Shown: positions 35,957-40,596 of the stretch, in pieces
Layout: every line of letters starts with the position of its first letter
How positions within the stretch are numbered: the stretch's first letter is position 1
Source of the DNA: Candidatus Eiseniibacteriota bacterium
Lineage (GTDB): Bacteria; Eisenbacteria; RBG-16-71-46; SZUA-252
Direction: 5' to 3'
Length of the DNA stretch: 40,596 nucleotides
Assembly (NCBI GenBank): GCA_043741515.1
Contig: JAYUAE010000201.1
Location: forward strand, 1 to 40,596
Position numbers and translations under genes: made by a program
Notes under the pieces: model-generated
What the model was told of the DNA's origin: nothing
Database searches by the model: none
What the model saw: the letters and a program-made list of their open reading frames with translations, nothing else

Positions 35957-36997
35957 ATGAATCAAATGGGTCGCGAAGCGGGTTCTCTGCCTTCGGTTTC
36001 GGGCCGGCGGAGCCCTGTGCCTATTTTACAAGTGGCAACAGGATTCTGGGCCAGCCAGGCTCTGCTGAGCGCTGTGGACTTGAAGGTGTTCACGATCCTC
36101 TTCGGGGGGCCCAAGACAGCCCTCGAGGTGGCCCAGGAGGCGGGAGCCGATCCCGCCGGGATCGAGGCGCTCCTCGACGCCAACTGCGCGCTGGGCTTCC
36201 TGCACCGGAATGGGGACCGCTACCGCAACGACGAATCCTCGAACGCCTACCTGGTCGAGGGCTCTCCCGGCTCCTATGTCGAGCTGGTCCGCTTCATGAG
36301 GGACCCGCTCTACGGAATCTGGCAGGGCCTCGCCGGCACGATCCGGCAGGGCGCGCCTCCGGAGCCCCCGGGGGGCACGGATCAGGTCGAGATCGCGCTC
36401 GCTCGCGGGTTCCACAACGGCGCGTATGCCCTGATGATGCGCCTCGCCGAGATCCTCGACCTCGAATTCAGCGCCTACTCCCGCATGCTCGACGTGGGGA
36501 GCCACACCGGCGCCGGCGCGCTCTGTCTCGCCCGCCGGTATCCGCAGCTTCAGGCGACACTTCTCGACCGCCCCGTCTTCAAGGAGGTGGCCGAGGAATT
36601 CATCCGCTCCACCAAGCTCGAGGATCGCGTCCACTTCGAGGAGGGGAAGCCGGATGAAGCCAAGCCCGGCGGGGAATACGACCTCGTCCTTCTCTCGCAC
36701 CATCTCTCGCGGCAGAGCCGCGCCGATCTGCCCGCGATCCTGGCTTCGGTGGCGAAATCACTCCGGAGCGACGGGATGCTCCTGGTGACCGAATTCCTGC
36801 TCGAGGATTCCAAGGCGGAGCCGCGGGAGGCCGCGCTTTTCCGGCTCAACGTGCTGGCCAGCTACGGCACCCGCTTCGCGGGCGCGCTGACGCGCTCGGA
36901 GCTCTATGCATTACTGGAGCAGGCGGGATTCAAGGACGTGGACATGGTTGGACTCCCGATGTTCGGGATCACGGCGATCACGGCCTGCAAGGCCTGA
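35957..36997 (+). CDS. Class I SAM-dependent methyltransferase, O-methyltransferase family 2 architecture (N-terminal dimerisation/wHTH domain plus Rossmann domain)
   Basis: The N-terminal FWASQALLSAVDLKVFTIL...ALEVAQEAG region is typical of COMT/CrtF-like dimerisation domains. MLDVGSHTGAGALCLARRYPQLQATLLDRP is the SAM-binding motif I region. Confidence 0.8.
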   Translation: MNQMGREAGSLPSVSGRRSPVPILQVATGFWASQALLSAVDLKVFTILFGGPKTALEVAQEAGADPAGIEALLDANCALGFLHRNGDRYRNDESSNAYLVEGSPGSYVELVRFMRDPLYGIWQGLAGTIRQGAPPEPPGGTDQVEIALARGFHNGAYALMMRLAEILDLEFSAYSRMLDVGSHTGAGALCLARRYPQLQATLLDRPVFKEVAEEFIRSTKLEDRVHFEEGKPDEAKPGGEYDLVLLSHHLSRQSRADLPAILASVAKSLRSDGMLLVTEFLLEDSKAEPREAALFRLNVLASYGTRFAGALTRSELYALLEQAGFKDVDMVGLPMFGITAITACKA

Positions 36998-36999
36998 TC

Positions 37000-37641
37000 G
37001 TGCGGGTCGAGCAGTTCTCGGTCGGCCCCCTCGACAACAATCTCTATCTCCTCACGGCCGGCGAGACGAAGGAGGCCATCGTCATCGATCCCTCGATCGA
37101 CAGCGAGGCCGTCCTCGCCGAGATCTCGCGCCGCGGGCTCGACGTGAAGCGCATTCTGCTCACGCACGCGCATATCGACCACATCCTGATGGTGAAGCGA
37201 TTCCACGAGGCCACAGGCGCGCCGGTCTGGCTCCACGGGGAGGACCGCCCGCTCTACGACCGCGGGGCCGATCAGGCTGCGGCGTTCGGGATGCCGTGGC
37301 CCGGCTCCGCTCCGCTCGCCCACGCGATCGAGGACGGCGAGGAAGCCGGAATCGAAGGAATTCCCATCCGCGCCGTGCACACGCCGGGGCATTCCCCCGG
37401 CAGCGTGAGCTTCATCACCTCCGAGGGGATCATCGGCGGGGACGTCCTCTTCAAGGGATCGGTCGGCCGCACCGACCTTCCCGGGGGCGACTGGGCGGTT
37501 CTCGTGCGCTCCATCCGCGAACGCCTCTTCCGCTACCCCAGGGAAACCCGGGTTTTTCCTGGCCACGGCCCCGAGACGACGATCGGCCTCGAGCTCCGGA
37601 CCAATCCCTTCGTCGGGGAGCCGGCGCCCGAGGGGGCGTAG
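37000..37641 (+). CDS. MBL-fold metallo-hydrolase, glyoxalase II (hydroxyacyl-thiol hydrolase)-like
   Basis: NNLYLL, LLTHAHIDHI, HTPGHSPGS, GDVLF.GSVGRTDLPGG and FPGHGPETTIG. GTG lies 2 nt after the methyltransferase stop. Confidence 0.85.
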   Translation: MRVEQFSVGPLDNNLYLLTAGETKEAIVIDPSIDSEAVLAEISRRGLDVKRILLTHAHIDHILMVKRFHEATGAPVWLHGEDRPLYDRGADQAAAFGMPWPGSAPLAHAIEDGEEAGIEGIPIRAVHTPGHSPGSVSFITSEGIIGGDVLFKGSVGRTDLPGGDWAVLVRSIRERLFRYPRETRVFPGHGPETTIGLELRTNPFVGEPAPEGA

Positions 37642-37646
37642 CCCCG

Positions 37647-38792
37647 ATGGCCGAGCGCGCCGACGCGCTCATCATCGGCGGGGGCGTGATCGGGGCGAGC
37701 CTCGCCTATCACCTCGCTCTGCGCGGGCTGAAGCCGGTCGTCTTCGAGCGCGAGCTCCTGGGCAGCGGCAACACCGGGCGATCCGCCGGCGGGATCCGCG
37801 CGCAGTTCACCACCGAGATCAACATCAAGCTCTCGCTCTACTCGATCGCGTTCTACGAGCGTTTCGGCGAGATCCTCGGCGCGGACGCGGAGTTCCATCA
37901 GGTAGGCTATCTCTTTCTCGCAGTCACGCCCGAGCAGCTTCTCCACTTCCGCGAGCGCGTCCTGTTCCAGAAGAAGTTCGGCGTCGAGGTCTCGCTCCTC
38001 TCGCCCGGGGACGTGGCGGCGCGGTGGCCCTTCTTGCGGACCGAGGACGTGACCGGCGCGACCTATTCGGCCAAGGACGGGTACGCCGGACCCTACGAGG
38101 TCACGATCGCGTTCGCGAACGCGGCCAAGCGGAGGGGCGCCGTCTTCCACGAGCAGACCGAGGTTCTGGGGATCGTCGCGGAGGGTGGCCGGGCGCGCGG
38201 GCTCATGACCTCGATCGGTGAGTTCTCCTCCGACGTCGTCGTGGCCGCGTGCGGTCCCCAGGTCCCCGCCATGGTGAAGCCGCTCGGAGTCGACGTCCCG
38301 GTCGTGCCGTACCGGCGGCACCTGTACATGACGGAGACCTTCCCCGAGATCCCGGAGGACATACCGTTCATCATCGATTCCGGGACCGGGCTCTACTTCC
38401 GCAAGGAGACCGGCGGAATCATGCTCGGCATGGTGGACAAGAGCGACCCGCCCACCTTCAACATGAACGTGGACGACGCGTATCTGGAGAAACTGGTCGA
38501 GGCGGCCCTGACCCGGGTCCCGCTCCTCGAGAAGGCGAACATCCTGAACGGCTGGGCCGGCCTCTACGATACGACGCCCGATCACCACGCCATCGTGGGA
38601 CCGGCCGACGAGGTGAAAGGGCTCTACCTCGCGGTCGGGTTCAGCGGGCACGGCTTCATGCACAGCCCCGCGATCGGCGCGGCGCTCTCGGAGCTGATCG
38701 TGGACGGCGCGGCGCGGTCGGTTCCCCTCGATGCCTTGAGCCTGAACCGGTTCGCAGCCGGAGCCGTGGTGGAGGAGACCAACGTCATCTGA
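37647..38792 (+). CDS. FAD-dependent oxidoreductase (DAO / sarcosine oxidase beta / glycine oxidase family)
   Basis: ADALIIGGGVIGASLAYHLALRG dinucleotide-binding motif, NTGRSAGGIR, and a C-terminal VGFSGHGFMHSPAIG. Confidence 0.85.
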   Translation: MAERADALIIGGGVIGASLAYHLALRGLKPVVFERELLGSGNTGRSAGGIRAQFTTEINIKLSLYSIAFYERFGEILGADAEFHQVGYLFLAVTPEQLLHFRERVLFQKKFGVEVSLLSPGDVAARWPFLRTEDVTGATYSAKDGYAGPYEVTIAFANAAKRRGAVFHEQTEVLGIVAEGGRARGLMTSIGEFSSDVVVAACGPQVPAMVKPLGVDVPVVPYRRHLYMTETFPEIPEDIPFIIDSGTGLYFRKETGGIMLGMVDKSDPPTFNMNVDDAYLEKLVEAALTRVPLLEKANILNGWAGLYDTTPDHHAIVGPADEVKGLYLAVGFSGHGFMHSPAIGAALSELIVDGAARSVPLDALSLNRFAAGAVVEETNVI

Positions 38793-38853
38793 GCTGGAAA
38801 GGCTCCTTCATCCGTCCGCGCTCTACCGCGACTTCCTGACGGCGCCCGACCGG

Positions 38854-40413
38854 GTGCGGTCCCACTACCCGGTGGACTTCCGTGATGCGAAGGCGTGCGA
38901 GCGCGCGGGGAAGTCGCGCGACTATCCGGCGAGCCGGCGGGCTGCCGTGGCCTCGATCGCGCGCAGGCAGGCGCAATCCTGGGACATCCTCGAGGCGTCC
39001 CGGGAGAGCCTCCAGAAGTTCGAGCGTCCCGAAACGATCGTCGTCGTGTCGGGGCAGCAGCCCGGCCTCTTCGGCGGTCCGCTCTACACGCTCTACAAGA
39101 CGCTCACCGGAATCGCGTTCGCCGCCGACCTGGAACGCGCGACCGGGCGGCCGGTGGTTCCCGTGTTCTGGATCGCCTCGGACGATCACGACTTCGAGGA
39201 GTCCCGCCACGCGTTCATCGGCGACGGCGGCGCGCCGTTGACGGAGCTGGCGTACCCGCTCGAGGCGGCGCCGCATGGCGTCTCGCTGGCGCGGGTGCCG
39301 CTCGGGCCCCCGATCCTGGATCTCATCCGCGAGGCGGACGAGACGCTGGCCGCGGGCCCGCACCGCGCCGAGGTCATGGACCGCCTGCGCGCGGCGTACG
39401 CGCCGGGGCGGGGCTGGACCGAGGCATTCGCGAGATTCATGGGGGGATGGGTCGCGCCCTGGGGCGCACTCGTCTTCGATCCCTCCGACCGCGAGGCGAA
39501 ACGGCTCGCGCTCCCGATCTTCGAGCGCGAGGTCGAGCTCAACGGACGTTCCTCCGAGGCGGCGCGCGCGAAGGGGGAGGAGCTGGCGGCCGCGGGCTAC
39601 CACGCGCAGATCGCGCGGACCGGCAAGGAGCTGAATCTCTTCTGGCACGGCGAGGTCCGCGAGGCGCTCCGTCTCTCGAAGGACGGGCTACTCCGGCTGG
39701 CGGAGAGCGGACGCGACATCGAAACGCGCGAGCTCCTGGCCACGCTGCGGGAGCGTCCCGAAGATGCGAGCCCCGGGGTGCTGCTCCGCCCCATCATGCA
39801 GGATTATCTCTTCCCGACCGCTGCCTACGTCGGGGGACCGTCCGAGGTGGCGTACTGGGCGCAGGTGTACGCGCTCTACCCGCTCTTCGATATGGCTCCG
39901 CCGGCCATCGTGCCGCGCGCGGGGGCTACAATCCTGGAACCGAAGATCGCGAGGATCCTCGAGCGCTCCGGCATGTCCTGGGACGCCTTCGCGGGGGACG
40001 TGGAGACGGTCATCCGCGAGACGCTCACGAAGCTTCTGCCCGCGGACGTGCCGGCGCTGTTCGAGAAAGAGCGCTCCGGGTGGGTGGAGAGCATGAAGCG
40101 GATCGAGGGAGCCGTCACCTCATTCGATCCCTCTCTCAAGGCGGCGGTGGAGACCGCGACCGGAAGAATCGTCCACGAAGGGCAGGTCCTCGAGAAGAAG
40201 CTGATGCAGGTCTGGAAGAGGCGCCATGAGGAGTCGGTGCAGAAGATGAGGCGGACGCATGAGAGTCTCTTCCCGCGAGGTGGATTGCAAGAAAGGACCA
40301 TGTCGGCTCTGGGCTTCGCGGCCGAGCACGGACCCCCGCTCTTCGAGGAAGTTCGCCGCAAGGTGCGGGCGCCCGGCTCCCATACGCTCGTGACACCGGG
40401 AGGAGAATCGTGA
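38854..40413 (+). CDS. bshC: Bacillithiol biosynthesis cysteine-adding enzyme BshC
   Basis: VVVSGQQPGLFGGPLYTLYKTLTGIAFA and PVFWIASDDHDFEE are the BshC signature. The GTG at 38854 is the first canonical start, but conserved N-terminal residues continue upstream (see findings). Confidence 0.85.
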   Translation: MRSHYPVDFRDAKACERAGKSRDYPASRRAAVASIARRQAQSWDILEASRESLQKFERPETIVVVSGQQPGLFGGPLYTLYKTLTGIAFAADLERATGRPVVPVFWIASDDHDFEESRHAFIGDGGAPLTELAYPLEAAPHGVSLARVPLGPPILDLIREADETLAAGPHRAEVMDRLRAAYAPGRGWTEAFARFMGGWVAPWGALVFDPSDREAKRLALPIFEREVELNGRSSEAARAKGEELAAAGYHAQIARTGKELNLFWHGEVREALRLSKDGLLRLAESGRDIETRELLATLRERPEDASPGVLLRPIMQDYLFPTAAYVGGPSEVAYWAQVYALYPLFDMAPPAIVPRAGATILEPKIARILERSGMSWDAFAGDVETVIRETLTKLLPADVPALFEKERSGWVESMKRIEGAVTSFDPSLKAAVETATGRIVHEGQVLEKKLMQVWKRRHEESVQKMRRTHESLFPRGGLQERTMSALGFAAEHGPPLFEEVRRKVRAPGSHTLVTPGGES

Positions 40414-40596
40414 AGATCGGAATCACGTGTTACCCGACCCACGGAGGCTCCGGCGTCGTCGCGACCGAGCTGGGGATGGAGCTCGCCAAGCAGGGGCACG
40501 AGGTGCATTTCATCTCCTACGCGCTTCCGTTCCGGCTCAAGCAGTTCCAGGACAACGTCGTGTTCCACGAAGTGCAGATGCTCTCGTATCCGCTCT
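40410..40596 (+). CDS. bshA: N-acetyl-alpha-D-glucosaminyl L-malate synthase BshA (GT4), 5' part truncated by the window edge
   Basis: VKIGITCYPTHGGSGVVATELGMELAKQGHEVHFISYALPFRL closely parallels the B. subtilis BshA N-terminus. GTG overlaps the bshC stop (GTGA). Confidence 0.8.
   Translation, partial: MKIGITCYPTHGGSGVVATELGMELAKQGHEVHFISYALPFRLKQFQDNVVFHEVQMLSYPL

Overview
This is a very GC-rich bacterial chromosomal segment, densely packed and almost entirely on the + strand; only one of about 40 genes is on the - strand. Most of it is core housekeeping. I found no transposase, integrase, phage gene, CRISPR array, toxin-antitoxin pair or recognisable defence gene.

Gene order, left to right:
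- rmlD-like 3' end, gmhA, and a UbiA-type (decaprenyl-phosphate phosphoribosyltransferase-like) prenyltransferase.
- ispE, spoVG, tRNA-Gln(UUG), prs, ctc/rplY, pth, rpsF, rpsR, a DUF2232 membrane protein, rplI.
- A PpiC-type PPIase lipoprotein, a DUF151 nuclease, a gamma-carbonic-anhydrase-like protein and a PBP1/LppC-like binding protein.
- livJHMGF, translationally coupled to an orphan selA.
- A degenerate BY-kinase-like + TM + SPOR protein, then smc and ftsY.
- A GGDEF cyclase (the only - strand gene), diverging from two small ORFs and an atypical TPR-NtrC-family regulator.
- A scrambled partial complex I set: nuoI, a ZIP transporter, then nuoB-D-F-G.
- add, then a promoter-headed five-gene operon: O-methyltransferase, MBL hydrolase, FAD oxidoreductase, bshC, bshA.

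Loci worth a second look (all functional readings are inference from sequence):
1. The catalytically degenerate BY-kinase-like/SPOR fusion directly upstream of smc-ftsY.
2. The bEBP-like regulator with Walker A Lys->Arg, no GAFTGA motif and an in-frame 48-nt duplication. It sits next to a diguanylate cyclase and two tiny coupled ORFs.
3. The extended bacillithiol operon.
4. A terminator/competing-helix leader in front of prs.
5. The nuo cluster that leaves no room for nuoC or nuoE.

Long antisense ORFs in the track are GC-driven shadows and were not called.
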